A stretch of DNA of 63,655 bases, filler included, from Reclinomonas americana ATCC 50394 (lineage: Eukaryota), in assembly GCA_048213135.1 (NCBI GenBank). It is 15 parts of 15 records of this genome, joined end to end, with 100 filler letters (N's around TTAATTAATTAA, not from the genome) between each part and the next. Parts side by side here need not be neighbours in the genome. Positions count along the whole stretch, not along the records: positions 1 to 1,782 come from AFZH01017180.1; positions 1,883 to 19,931 come from AFZH01017182.1; positions 20,032 to 28,327 come from AFZH01017184.1; positions 28,428 to 29,585 come from AFZH01017185.1; positions 29,686 to 32,894 come from AFZH01017186.1; positions 32,995 to 34,845 come from AFZH01017187.1; positions 34,946 to 41,120 come from AFZH01017188.1; positions 41,221 to 45,759 come from AFZH01017189.1; 7 more parts are not named here. One strand, given 5' to 3'. This document shows positions 1 to 60,528 of this stretch, piece by piece. The notes under the pieces are model-generated. The model searched no databases. It was not told the origin of the DNA and worked only from the letters and a program-made list of their open reading frames with translations. The position numbers were made by a program, and so were the translations under genes. Every line of letters starts with the position of its first letter. Positions within the stretch are counted from its first letter, which is position 1.

Positions 1-359
1 GCTCTTCTCCTCCTCCTCGTCCTCCCTCTCCCCATTCTCCTTCTCTTCTTCCTCCTCTTGTTCTTCTTCTTCTCCTATCTCCCTCTGCGTTGTCATCTTT
101 CTCCTCCTCCACCACCTCGTCCTTGTCCTCCTCCACAGCCTCTTCTTCTTCCTCCTCCTCCTCCACAACCTCTTCCTTATTCTTCTCCTCCCTCATTCTG
201 CTTCCTCTTTCTTCCCACGCTGTATCCTCCTTCCCTTTCCCTTCTTCTTCTTTATCCTCCCTCTCCCCCTTCCTCTTCCCTTCTTCCCTCCCTTCGTGTG
301 CCAAGACCTCCGGAAGAATACCCTGCATTTTTCTCTCACCCCCCTTTCCCTTTTCACAG

Positions 360-1422
<1,063 letters not shown>

Positions 1423-1443
1423 CACATGATTGACTCCGTACAT

Positions 1444-1948
1444 TTACAAGATTCCGGTGACTGCGGCGGCCGCCGTCTGCGCCGACTCCTCCAGCACGTG
1501 CGCCGTCGTCGTCAATCTCTGCACCTCGTCGTCGCGAATGCCGCGCAACTCGCCAGTGCGACTGTCCACAACGTCGTCAAGGGAGGCCTTGTTGCGCAGC
1601 TCGCCGCGAGCGGTGCGAATGCTGGCGAGATCTTGCAGGAGCTGCAAGAGAAAGAGGGAGAAGTGAATAAAAAAGCCACAAGAGGTGAGGGAAACACACC
1701 AACCCCACCTCCTCCAGTCGCGACATGGCCACCGACGCCTCGGCCGCGGCAGGACCTAGCCCCGTCAGGCGCACTTGCGCAGNNNNNNNNNNNNNNNNNN
1801 NNNNNNNNNNNNNNNNNNNNNNNNNNTTAATTAATTAANNNNNNNNNNNNNNNNNNNNNNNNNNNNNNNNNNNNNNNNNNNNTTTCCGTTTCCGTTTCCT
1901 TTACTTACGTTTCGTCCGTCCGTACCTACTACTCTACTACTCTACTAC

Positions 1949-2026
<78 letters not shown>

Positions 2027-2330
2027 CCTCCCTTCTCTCTCTCTCTCTCTCTGATCATCATCTCAATCACTCTTCCCCTCTCACCCTTCCTCCCGTCTCC
2101 CCATCTCCCACTCTCAACTTCTTCAACAACCACTCCACCACCTGCAACCGCATAGGCGACGGTTCCAACAACGGCGCCGCCGCATCCTCGCCCTCTTCCA
2201 CCTCCAATCCTCCTCCACCTCCTGTCACCAAAGGCGACGCAGTGGAGCTGGCACCCATCAAAACACCACCTCCACGATAGCCGAGTGCTCGCACCGCGCG
2301 AAGCACAGAGAGCACGCTGTCGCCGTTCAT
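1444..2330 (-). CDS. HAUS7: HAUS augmin-like complex subunit 7 (AUG7/HAUS7)-like; visible exons 2330-2112, 1782-1709, 1641-1444; middle hidden in the gap
   Basis: N-terminal ...VRALGYRG...LLEPSPMRLQVVEWLLKKL and C-terminal LTGLGPAA...LEE|LLQDLASIR resemble the motifs I recall from HAUS7/AUG7 (LxYP...RxxxxEWLxxKL; LxGLGPAA...LxxLR). The 1708-1642 intron is GT-AG and in phase. Recognised by eye, no search run. Confidence 0.75.
1783..1882. other. Assembly gap placeholder (first of 14)
   Basis: N44-TTAATTAATTAA-N44, with stops in all six frames. The same 100-nt block recurs starting at 19932, 28328, 29586, 32895, 34846, 41121, 45760, 52389, 53927, 56539, 58103, 59427 and 62035. Genes continue across several of these, so they are scaffold gaps of unknown true size. 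Confidence 0.98.
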
Positions 2331-3326
2331 TTGGAGCGCGCGAAAATCACAAAACGTTGATCAATGCGTTGTGTCCTGCGTGTCATGCGAGTTGTTTTCT
2401 CGTGATCGGGAACAGGAAGAACTGTAGGCGAGCTGCTGAGGGTGGCAGTTCACTCCACCGCAAAAATGCGAAGATTTATTGTGGCAGAATTCGCATTTGT
2501 TCGAAGCTCCGTGAGCGAACTTGCCATCCAAGGAGACCTTTCCGCGGCCGTCAAGGTTGATGATCGCGTTGATGTTTTGGAGATTGGAATTGTGATCATG
2601 TAACAGTTGCTGTTGCTCGCTTGTTGGAAAGTGAATTGCTTTCAAAAATCTTGAGGCATGTGTCCGCGACGTTGTTGCCCAAGGTCGCGGCGATCGCTAT
2701 GGACGAAGGAACGACATGAGGATGCGCTGGTTCGTGCAATAGACAATCAGTGGGTGCCTCTGATGCGATCAGGAGACCCATTTCGAATTCAGTTTGTCCC
2801 CAATTTCACCGCAGCTGGACGACCGCAGCTCAGAACAGCAAATTTCCTCAGTCGCACAAGAGAACTCGCGCTACGTCCTTGCTGCAGGGATTGAAGAGTG
2901 CCATTGCCTCGAGCTCTCCGTTGCAATCCAGATCCGAAGTTGCAGTTGTCAAATTCGAATTCCTGTCACAAATCCAGTTGCACGACAATGGTCAGCAGCT
3001 CGACCCCCACTTGATAGTAGCTAGCAATCCATTGAGCTGTTGTTTTCTATTGCAGAAACGCCATTATGATACCTCGATTTTTGTTACTGTTTTAGTTTCT
3101 GGTGCTCACTCGATGGTGATCATCATGCAGCTGTGTTGCTGCTGTGCATTAGAGAAGTTGCTGATGTTGCTGCTCTCTTTAATTCCTGTTTTCCCTTCTG
3201 TGCGCAACAAGTCGAACACGACGGACGCGACGTCGCGAGCACCACCAAATATCCACGACGTAACCTTGCGCGACAACCGCCTCTTCCCTCTCTCTCTGTC
3301 TCTCACACTGTGCGTGTGTGTGCGAC

Positions 3327-50476
<47,150 letters not shown>

Positions 50477-50737
50477 GATTGAAGTGAACAGGTTGGTGAG
50501 GAGAAACGGTCACAAGATGAAGTCGCTTGCATTTCGTGTAGACCAGCCCACATAGGCGTTCACTGCCAGACCACTCAGCAGGAGAGAGGGAGAGGAAGGA
50601 AGGAAGAAGAAAGACGAGACAAACAATAAGGGCTGGGAAGGGGTACCGAGAAAAAAAAAGACAATGACACAAATACAGGAGAACGCAGTGAGTCTCTGCG
50701 ACTGCATTTGTGTATGACTGGGAACAGGGTGTACGCG

Positions 50738-52295
50738 CTAGTCGCATACAAAATCATCATTGCAGAAGGTGCAGCATTCCCCATCTTCGCCGCACTGCTT
50801 GCCGGACCGTCCACACGACAGGCACACACCGAAGCAATTGTCACCGCAGCAATCGGAATCGTTAAAGCAGAACGCTCCATAATCGCCACACGATTCTTGA
50901 CAGGTCCCGTAAACACAATGAGTACTGCAGCATTCATCGTTCGAGTAGCACGTGTCGGCGAGGGCGCCACACACTGGCGGCGGCGGTGGCGCCGGCGAAC
51001 ACGCGTCAGTAAGGTCCAGGGTGTACAGTTGACCGTCGTACACACTCGCCACCACTTTCGTGCCGTCGGCGTTGGAGGCCACTGCAAACCAGTTGCGATT
51101 CGAGTCGCGCGCCGTCCACGTAACACCCGAGTCGCACGATGTGTAGATCTTGTCGTTACCGACAATGGCCACCAGCCGCGTGCCGTCGCTGCTCGAGGCC
51201 ACCGATCGCCACAGCCGCGCCGACTCGCGAGCCGTCCACGTCGCACCGGAATCCGACGACGTATAGATCTGGCCACCGTGAGTGACGGCCACCAGATTGA
51301 CACCGTCCGCGCTGGAGGCCACAGCCACCCAAGGGCGATTGGAGTCGCGGGCCGTCCACGTCGCGCCCGAGTCGGTGGAGGTGTAGAGCGCGCCGTCGCG
51401 GACGGCGGCTACCAACTTGCTGCCGTCGGCACTGGAGGCCACATAGACCCACTGACGATGTGAGTCGCGCGGTGTCCACGTCACACCGGAATCAGTGGAG
51501 GTGTAGATTGAGTCACCGACGGCCGCTGCCACCAACTTGGTGCCGTCGGCGCTGGAGGCCACCGACGACCACGCTTGTGCCGATCCACGCGGTGTCCACG
51601 TTGCGCCAGAATCAGTGGAGGTGTAGATGTTGCCGTTGCAGTAAACACAGGCCACCAGCTTGGTGCCGTCGCTGCTGGAGGCCACACCGACCCAGTAGCG
51701 CTCCGACTCGTGCGGCGTCCACGTCGCTCCCGAGTCGGTGGAGGTGTAGATGCGGCCAAACTCGACCACGGCCGCCAGCTTCGAGCCGTCGTCGTTGGAG
51801 GCCACCGACCACCAAATGCGCTTCGACTCGTGGGGCACGGCAGAGATTTCAGCAACATCACCTGCAACGCATGTACAAATTTGGTAATCAGTGTCGACTA
51901 GCGCCACGAGCTTGAGCATCGTGAGGCAGCGCTGCGCAACCAATGATGATTTGCGTTGAGCGAGTATGGACTGATGTCGATGCCACGCCACTGGCGGCGG
52001 AGTTGTTGGTGGAGACTGGACATGACATCAAAACAGAAGTTGAGCATGCGCGCGAAAAACCAAAATAAGATAAAGTTATGCGCTTATCTCAACGGTTGGC
52101 TATTGAGGCAGGAGATGGTGAAGAAATGAAAGGCGCGCGTTGCAGAGGAGACTCAAGAGAGTGAGAGATGTTGGTGAACATCACAACGCAACTGACTGGA
52201 GTCGCCGACACAGACAACACCATTGTCACCAGCAGCACCAGTGTGACAAACACACAGGCGCATGACATCGTCGCCTTGATTGCGGTGGAGCGCAT
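50738..52295 (-). CDS. Secreted Asp-box (BNR) repeat beta-propeller with poly-Pro linker and three C-terminal knottin-like Cys units; exons 52295-52193, 52015-51941, 51861-50738 (433 aa)
   Basis: Signal peptide MRSTAIKATMSCACVFVTLVLLVTMVLSVSA. Two phase-1 introns, both with GTTGCG donors, join it to seven repeats of about 40 aa (W.SVASS.DG.KLVA...IYTSTDSG.TWT, six complete SxDxGxTW boxes), then PAPPPPP and three C-C-CC-C-C units. Confidence 0.88.
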
Positions 52296-52649
52296 CGTTG
52301 GTTACTCCGTTGGGTAGGCAAGGCACTGCGATGTCGAATGAGAAACAAAATGCGCGCCAAAAACGCGGTGAGACATGCAGAACAAGAANNNNNNNNNNNN
52401 NNNNNNNNNNNNNNNNNNNNNNNNNNNNNNNNTTAATTAATTAANNNNNNNNNNNNNNNNNNNNNNNNNNNNNNNNNNNNNNNNNNNNACCCCCCCCCCC
52501 CCCCCCGCCCGCGTCTTCAGCGACCTCCTTCTCTCACACTTGGCGAGCAGTGTCTGTGTGTGTATGTGCGCGAGAGAGAGAGAGAGAGAGAAAGAGAGAG
52601 ATGTGTGTGTGTGTGTGTCACTGCGCTGCGCTGCGGTTTGCCATCACCA

Positions 52650-53350
52650 AATCTGCCATATTGTTGCAGCACACAACCACTGTAGCTCACAAACAGGTGC
52701 GCACACAGCTGCAGAGAAGACATGTCGCACACCTTAAACACTCGCTGCGTTGCGGTGGTGGAGACAAGAAGGAGGCCAAAGCGTTTTGAGCGCTCCAACG
52801 TGCGAGTTTAAAAAAAGTATTGTCGAATTCTTGTCCCTGCGATGCGCGACAATGGGATCATGACCACACAACTTGCAGACAAACCTCGTGAGATCGATTG
52901 GCCATCTCATTGATAGGCACCCAACAGACTTCATGTCGAATGTTCTCGTCGCGTGGGCACCGGCACCGCAAGCACATATCACAGCTCATGATATCGTTGC
53001 ACAGTATTTTTATTGGTGCTCTGAAAGGCGGGCCACTCGCCAACTGCGGCAATCAACTGCAACTCTGAAATCACGCCGAGGTGCAGCAGTCAGTGGGGGG
53101 AGGTCATCGCACCAGTCACCACACGTCGACCGACTGCCCTTTGGCGGTGTGCGTGGTCGTGGTATGTCAGGCAACATGTTTCTCCCGCTCTGGCATGCAA
53201 GATTCAACTCCCGAGTGAGCGAAATGCGACACGAGCAAAGAGAACATCTTCTGCCCTTGTGCACGCATGCGCGCAACTGGTTGTCGGAACGCGCAGCAAC
53301 TGGTGCCGATCCTGGAGCACTTGCAGTTTGAGTTCTTCGGGTGTGGTTTC
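52650..53350 (-). CDS. Possible multi-exon gene fragment of unknown function
   Basis: A few short GT-AG-bounded segments join in frame (...EMANRSHE|GQEFDNTFFKLARWSAQNALASFLSPPPQRSECL|SGCVLQQYGRF), and a GTTGCG donor-like site lies at 53277. I recognise no family and could not build the full path. Confidence 0.3.
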
Positions 53351-53889
53351 TAAATTTGGCAGACGACGGAACGCGACATCGTCTCTCTCTCTCTCTCGTG
53401 GGAAACCCCAACGTGTGCTCCAAAGAGCCAACGGTTCACGATCTTCGCTGTGTGTGTTACTTTGTGTGTGTATGCAATGTATCTCTGTATTAATGGGAAG
53501 AGGGGAGACAATACAGCGTGAATGGGTCGGGACAGGCAAACGGGCAAGGAGGAAGAGAAGCCTCAGGTCAAGAAGAAGTGGGAGGGAAGGGAGGGTGCAA
53601 AGGAGCCAAGACAAGTGGGGGAGAGAAGATAAGAGAGAGAGAGGGGGAGACTGAGATATAGTGAGATATCGATGAAGAGACAAAGAGAGAAAGAGAAAGA
53701 GAGAGAGAGAGAGAGAGAGAAGGAGAGAGAGAGAGAGAGAAGGAGAGAGAGAGAGAGAGAAGAAAGAAAGAAGAAGAAGAAGAAGGACAAGAGCAGAGCC
53801 CACATTCCGTGCTCCTCTCTCACACATACACTCTCTCTCTGTGCCTGTCCCAGTGTGTGCGTGTGCATACACATGTGCGGTCTGTGTCC

Positions 53890-53926
<37 letters not shown>

Positions 53927-54259
53927 NNNNNNNNNNNNNNNNNNNNNNNNNNNNNNNNNNNNNNNNNNNNTTAATTAATTAANNNNNNNNNNNNNNNNNN
54001 NNNNNNNNNNNNNNNNNNNNNNNNNNAGAGAGAGAGAGAGAGAGAGACAGAGACAGAGAAACTGAGAGAAACAGAGAGAAAAAGAGACAGAGAAGGAGAG
54101 AGGGAGGGTGGGGGAGAGGGAGAGGGTGAGGGAGAGCGAGAGGGAGAGAGAAGAGAGAAGAGAGAGCGAGAGAGCGAAAGAGAGAAGGAGTCAGAGAGAG
54201 GGGCAATGCATTATGTCCTTGTGCTATCTTTCTTACTCTCTTCTCTTCTTCTCACGCAG

Positions 54260-56519
54260 AACGCGGTGCTGAGCTTGTCGATTCCCCGCGTGAACTTGCC
54301 TCGCGTTGTGACGTGGTCATTACCTTGGTCGCTCACGATGCCGCTCTTGCTGATGTTGTACTCGGCGAGAATGTTGCGTGCTGCTTGTGTTGCCTGGCCA
54401 GACAGTGGCTCATCGCAGTTACTTTCGCAGGGCTTGTTGCATGGAGCGCGTGCGAACTTCATTCATGTTGACATGAGCACGGGTGTGTTGATGCGAGTTC
54501 ATGGTCTCTCTCTTTCTCTCTCTCAGTCTCTCTCTCAGTCTCTCTCAGTCTCTCTCAGTCTCTTTCAGTCTCTCAGTCTCTCAGTCTCTCAGTCTCTCAG
54601 TCTCTCAGTCTCTCAGTCTCTCAGTTTCTCAGTCTCTCAGTCTCTCAGTCTCTCAGTCTCTCAGTCTCTCTCAGGCTCTCTCGCAGTCTCTCTCGCAGTC
54701 TCTCTCACATCAGTCTCTCCCTCCCTCATTCTCTCTCAGACTCTCTCTCTCTCTCTCTCACTCTCTCTCAGTCTCTCTCAGTCTCTTCTCTTTCAGTCTT
54801 TTCGTTCTGTCTCTTGCTCTCTCTCACTCTCTCTCTCTCTCTCTCTCAGTCTCATTCTCTCTCTCTCTCTCAGTCTCTCTCTCGCAGTCTCTCTCTCATT
54901 CTGTCTCTCAGTCTCTTTCTCAATCTCTCTCTCAGTCTCTCTCTCGCAGTCTCTCTCTCATTCTGTCTCTCAGTCTCTTTCTCAATCTCTCTCTCAGTCT
55001 CTCTCTCTTTCTCTCTTTCTTGCTCTCAGTCTCTCAGTCTCTCAGTCTCTCAGTCTCTCAGTCTCAGTCTCTCTCCCTCTCTCATCCGTACGTGGAGCGA
55101 GTATCCCTGACCTGTGTTTTCCTGTGTCAATCGTACTCCGCAGTCACTACCGTCATTGACATCACCCGCGCGTGTTGTACTCTGCTTCTCTCATCTCCTT
55201 GCTCCTGTTCCTCCTCTGTCTCTCTTAATCTCCCTCGCTTCATCGTCTTGTGCACTCAATTTCCACTCTCCTCTTTCAACCCACTCCCGATATTCCTTTC
55301 ATCCCTCTCCCTCTATCTCCAATTGTTTCTCTCTCTTCTCTCTCTCTCCTGTCTTCATTCTTCCCCCATTCCTTCCCCTCGTTCCGTGCTGACTCCGAGC
55401 TCTTCAGTATCACCAACCACCACCGAGTCCATGACGGACTCGTACAACGCGCTGGGCGTGGGTGCGCGATACTTGGCGTCGCCTGTGTTTGGCAGGCCAG
55501 AGGCCGCCGCCTCCAAGATGTTGGCCACTTTCACCTCGGTAGATACACAAGTGTGCGCTGCTGATGCGTCGATTTCTGACGAGACGTGCAGGGTCCACTC
55601 GAGGCGTTTGAGGCGGTGAAGCCGATTCTGGCTGCGTTCACTCGCGTGCAGCACCATGTGGGCGAGGTGAGTGGGTGAGAGATTGATGTGGTTGATGGAG
55701 GGCTCATGGTGTGGAGTGTGCAGCGCGTGAGTTTGGCCAACGTCGTCAAGCTGACGGGCAACTACATGATCATTGGGTCCATGCAAGTGATTTCGGAAGG
55801 CGAGGCAGTCAATCGAACTCTTTGCCTTTACTGTCACCTATTCTCTTTCCGCCCTGCCTTGTCATCGCACTCACACGTCTCACATATATCCATGACAATG
55901 ATCTGTCGCCTTTTCTCTTTCTGCTCACCATCACGCTCCCTTGTCACTCCACCATCCACCATCATTGTCTGTCGATTGCTCTCTGCCCTTGCCGTCACAC
56001 TCACTCGTCACCCCTGTCGCCTGTTTCTTTGTCTGCTCTCATGTACACAACTTTCCATGTCATCGCACTCGCCAATCCTGTTGCCTTTTCTCTCTCTGCT
56101 GTGATGTACAATGCTCATGCCATCGCACTCACCTATCCCACATGTCGCCTTTCCTCTTTCTTCTCCGCTTCACACCATTGCACTCACCTTCCCTCCTTCG
56201 CACAGCCATGACCATGGCCGACGCCAATGGCCTCGATCGCGCCTCGTTCTTGAAGATCATTGACACGGTGTTCCCTGCGCCGGTGTTCCAGGGCTACGCG
56301 GGGCGCATGGCGCGGGATCAGTTCAAGCCGTGAGTGGAATAGTGGTGATGGCTGGTGACGGGACGAGGAGGAGCTGATTTCCCATTGTGCTGCAGTGCGG
56401 GGTTTGCGGCGCCGCTGGGGTTGAAGGATGCGCGGCTGGTGAAGGAGTTGTCGGAGAAGGGGCGAGTGCCGATGCCGGTGTTGGAGGTGGCGAGGGAGAA
56501 TATGGAGAAGGTGGTGCAG
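54260..56519 (+). CDS. NAD(P)-dependent beta-hydroxyacid dehydrogenase (3-hydroxyisobutyrate dehydrogenase / 6PGD-like family), partial at both ends; exons 54260-54372, 54431-54482, 55408-55538, 55592-55666, 55724-55799, 56206-56329, 56396-56519
   Basis: [22 protein letters not shown]...IHVDMSTVSP...[13 protein letters not shown]...[12 protein letters not shown] (catalytic KLxxN)...[13 protein letters not shown]. The Rossmann GLGxMG motif is not visible and presumably lies in the upstream gap. Confidence 0.9.
54505..55082. repeat. (TCTCAGTC)n / (CT)n intronic satellite
   Basis: Directly visible in intron 54483-55407. Confidence 0.93.
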
Positions 56520-58707
56520 GTGAGGACGGAGGGAGAAANNNNNNNNNNNNNNNNNNNNNNNNNNNNNNNNNNNNNNNNNNNNTTAATTAATTAANNNNNN
56601 NNNNNNNNNNNNNNNNNNNNNNNNNNNNNNNNNNNNNNCCACCCACCACTACTACAACTACACCACTATACCGACCGACGTACCTACCGAACGGAACGTA
56701 AGTACGACGGAGGTACGTCGTACCACTCTACTACTACTACCTCCTTTCCCTTCCCTACCACCCCCCCCCCCCCCTCCCTCCTCTCTCTCTCTGAATTCCC
56801 ATGCACCACGCTCGTTCCCCGAGCATGCCGTTCAAGAAAGAACACACACCATGAAGTGTGATCAAGGACAGTGGGAAAGAGAGATTGTGGTGGTGGAAGA
56901 GAGGCAGAGGGGAGAAGGAACATTGGATGTGGATGGATGGGTGAATACAAGAGAGAAACACGGAGATGACGAAGAGAGATGAACAGAGAGCAGCAGGAAC
57001 GAGAGAAAATGAAGGCATGAGAGTGACGGCGATGAGAAAAAGAGAGACAATCAGACACCGATGGAGGATGCAGAGATATGCATGACAAACCACGAAAAAA
57101 ATGAGCAAGAATACGCGCACATAGACGACGCTTACACTCCCGAGAATAAGGAGGTGAGAGCCGATGACGAGAACCAGGGAAAGGGAGGCAATAAGGGAAA
57201 AACGGGAAGGAGAATGCAACGGATGGAAACGGAGGGAGATGCAGGAGTCTGCTTTCTCACGCGAAGGGAGAAGGGGCGAGTATGCAGAAAGGGATGTAAA
57301 TGGATGGAGTGGAAGTGGAGAGAGAGAGGGAGAGTGGAGAGGGACAATGAACAAAGATGTGTGTGGGTGGGGGAAGAGAGAGTAGGATCAGGACGGAGAG
57401 GCACACATGGGGAATGAAGACAGGGAACACATGTGAAAACAATACAAGACAACATGTACAGGCAAAAAGTGAAAGAGAGGCACACGCATGCGGAAAGAGC
57501 AGGATGAGAGGAGAATGTGAGCGAATGAGAATGGATGCGAGGAGGATAAGCAGCAAGTACGCACGAAATACGGGAGGTGAGGGAAGCGGAGGAAGAAAAG
57601 GACGATGTGAGTGATTCACACACACGGATGCGATTCACACAAAGCACACAGACAAACACGCACGCGAGATGATGATCACTCCAAGTAAGAAGAGCGAGTG
57701 AGAGAGAGAAGAGAGAAGAGAGAGAATGTAAAACGGATGAGTGTGTTGATCAATCACGTCACACATGCGGTGCACTCACACGAATCAATGACACGCATAC
57801 ATGCACGTTGAGGAGGGAGATGAGAGAGAGGAAGAGAGAAGAGAGCGCGAGAATGTGACGCAGATGGGTGCGAAAATCACTCACATCCAGAATGCAGCGC
57901 GCGCACACAGGCAAATCAGCGAGACGCACACACATATGTACACGCGCAACAATGTTCACTCAGAGGAGGAAGAAGAGAGGCGATGGAGAGAGAGAAGAGA
58001 GATAAGGAATCATTTCTGCGATCAATGCACACACTGCAAGAAGAATTCTCTCTCTCTCTCTCGCTCACTCACCCTCTCGCGCTTTCTCTCTCTCTCTCTC
58101 TCNNNNNNNNNNNNNNNNNNNNNNNNNNNNNNNNNNNNNNNNNNNNTTAATTAATTAANNNNNNNNNNNNNNNNNNNNNNNNNNNNNNNNNNNNNNNNNN
58201 NNGAGAGGAGGGGAACGGAGAGAAGAGAGGAGGTGAGAGATGAGATGGAGAGAATAGAAACTGGGACCGATGAGAATGTGCGGTTGCTTCTTTGTGCGAC
58301 AGGTTGTCCAGTGTGACTGTGTGTGTATACGTGAGTTGGTGAGCGAGGGCGAGAGAGTGAGAATGATCAGCCGGCAGGGATAAAAAGGAGGTGAAGAGAG
58401 GAGGAATGCGGAAGCAACGGTGAACAGAATGAGTGAGTTGTGAGATGCGTTATGTGGCCAGAGAGACATTGGATGAAAGCATGTATGTTGAGCGAGACGC
58501 ACGAGATTACGTTGGAATAGAGCCCCGTATTGCAGAGGATAGTGGATGGACTTTGTAGACTGGAGACAATTGCATCGATTGAATGAGCATTCTTGGTCGT
58601 CTTCGGTGGTTTCTTTGCGTCAAAAGCTCGTTTCCTTTCTGTTACTCTCTGCGAGAAGCGAGCTTGAGTCAGTGTGAATGTATTCCTTTACTCACTGTGG
58701 ATTACAG

Positions 58708-59426
58708 TATTCAATTTGGTGGCGTCGGATCGTTTACTGCCGTCACCGGTGGCCAACTTACCGTCTGTGAGTACGAGTGGAGAGTGCGAAGAGTGCAGAG
58801 ATCGAAATGAGTTGCTCATGTGCTTGTGTTTTCGGCAGTGCCATTGCCAACATTTTCAATCCCAACCGTCGCCTCGTCATACACGGTGACAATCGGCAAC
58901 ACAACCACTATGGGTACGGTCACCCAGCATGTCATGCTCTCACATCCATCATCCTTCTCATTCTCCTGCATCTGTCTGTAGTCACTGGCGCAACAACGTC
59001 GTTGCACAATCGGTCTTCGCGTCGGTTTGTCCGGACAAGTGGTGGTGTTGACGTTGCCAGTGGCCTCGTTCCCCTTTGCCACGCCGTCATTCACACTGTT
59101 CAAGAACGCCGACTGCCGCGGAAATGTGGCCACCATCATCAGCGGCTTCAACATCGCGTCTGATGGCACGACCTATACCATCACATTCACATTCGACACG
59201 ACTGGAGAGCCAACACCAACGAAGCAGCAGTTGTGCCTGTCGTCCACTGACCTGGCAGGCTACTTTCGCCTGGCGTCTGTATCCATTTGTTGCGTTCCTG
59301 CTGGAGATGTTATGCTGTCATGTTTATTTCCTTTTTCTTTTAACGAGGCGACCATGCAGATCGTGTCAAGAGCACTTCCGCGCCTTCCATATCCCAGGGC
59401 ATCAAGTCGCAAACTGTGGTCCTGTC
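58708..59426 (+). CDS. Fragment of a beta-rich extracellular protein (Ig-like repeats)
   Basis: Segment GQVVVLTLPVASFPFATPSFTLFKNADCRG...YTITFTFDT...QLCLSSTDLAGYFRLASVSI, then a phase-1 GTTGCG donor at 59289 joining YRVKSTSAPSISQG. Similar in style to the Cys-paired spacers of the giant gene at 25040-25720 and 28912-30972. Bounded by gaps. Confidence 0.55.
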
Positions 59427-59526
59427 NNNNNNNNNNNNNNNNNNNNNNNNNNNNNNNNNNNNNNNNNNNNTTAATTAATTAANNNNNNNNNNNNNNNNNN
59501 NNNNNNNNNNNNNNNNNNNNNNNNNN

Positions 59527-59934
59527 TATCGTCTCCCGGCGGCACTCGTACCTCGACGATCTCCGCCGGACCAAACCCAATCAGCGCATCACCCGGTGTG
59601 CGGGGCATGAGCACATCAATCGGCACAGCGGCAGTGGAGGACTTTGCGCACAGTGGTCAACAATATCCGAACACGAGATGCTCTCTCTCATCTCTCCTCT
59701 CTCTCTTTCTCTCTCTCACTGTCTCACTGACTCACTCTCTCTTCCTTGCTGCATGCCACTCACCGACTGACCGGGAAGCAGAGTGAATGTGCGCGTGATG
59801 AACGTGGTAGTGGTGGAGTTGTCGGCGTTGTGCACAGTGGAGAGTACACGTGGAGGCAGCTCACCATTCGCTGCAGTGCATGCCACAAGGAGGCACGCGG
59901 CTAGTGCAATGACCAGAGTGTGCCACGAGCTCAT
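59527..59934 (-). CDS. 5' part of a secreted protein of unknown function (weak resemblance to the SURNod19 family N-terminus)
   Basis: ATG 59934, signal peptide MSSWHTLVIALAACLLVACTAA, then TFITRTFTLLPGQS, a GTGAGT donor, and SSTAAVPIDVLMPRTPGDALIGFGPAEIVE running into the gap. The family resemblance is by eye and weak. Confidence 0.55.
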
Positions 59935-60071
59935 CTCACTCGCGAATGGAATCGGAATCAAACAACACTGACAGGACATCTTTGCTCTGTCTCCCTCTGG
60001 TGTTCTTCACTGCCCACCGAGGCTCATTGATAATCCAGCCCTACTCCCCCTCATCACATCGCCAGCTGCTG

Positions 60072-60497
60072 TTACCGCCACGATTTGCGCGAGGCCTGAT
60101 TCTACGATTGCCAGAGTCAGGTGGTTGACGTATACTCTGCAGCAACGAAAGCATGTCACAAACCTGGCGAGGTGCGCTGTTGGCAGCCGCCGCGGGTGCA
60201 GCAGCAATGGCGATCTGCGTGGGGTCTTCAAAGTCGTCCACATGACGAGACCACGCCCGGCCACCCGTTGTTTGAGGCTGCCGGCGACGACCTGCAACGG
60301 TGGAAGTATGTCAGGCACCAAGAGGGGGAAAAGGAGCTGTGGGAGAGTCTGGCTTCTCAATCTCACCGCCAGCAAAGGGCTTGCGCTGGCCCGGCGGTCC
60401 AGATGCCTGTTGCATGGGAGTCGCCAGCATCGGAGGGCTCTGGCGCGGCGGTGGACGTGCTTGCTGCGGTGACGGTTGCTGCGATTGGTGCTGATGC

Positions 60498-60528
<31 letters not shown>

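Noticed and set aside
1827..1838. TTAATTAATTAA recurring 14 times as a possible regulatory or repeat element
   Set aside because: Always centred in a fixed N-run. It is an artificial six-frame stop linker.
56639..58102. Possible exons in this contig (e.g. 57125-57153, AG|ACGACGCTTACACTCCCGAGAATAAGGAG|GTGAG)
   Set aside because: Isolated between gaps, mostly purine-rich intron-like sequence, with no recognisable product. Not enough support to call a gene.
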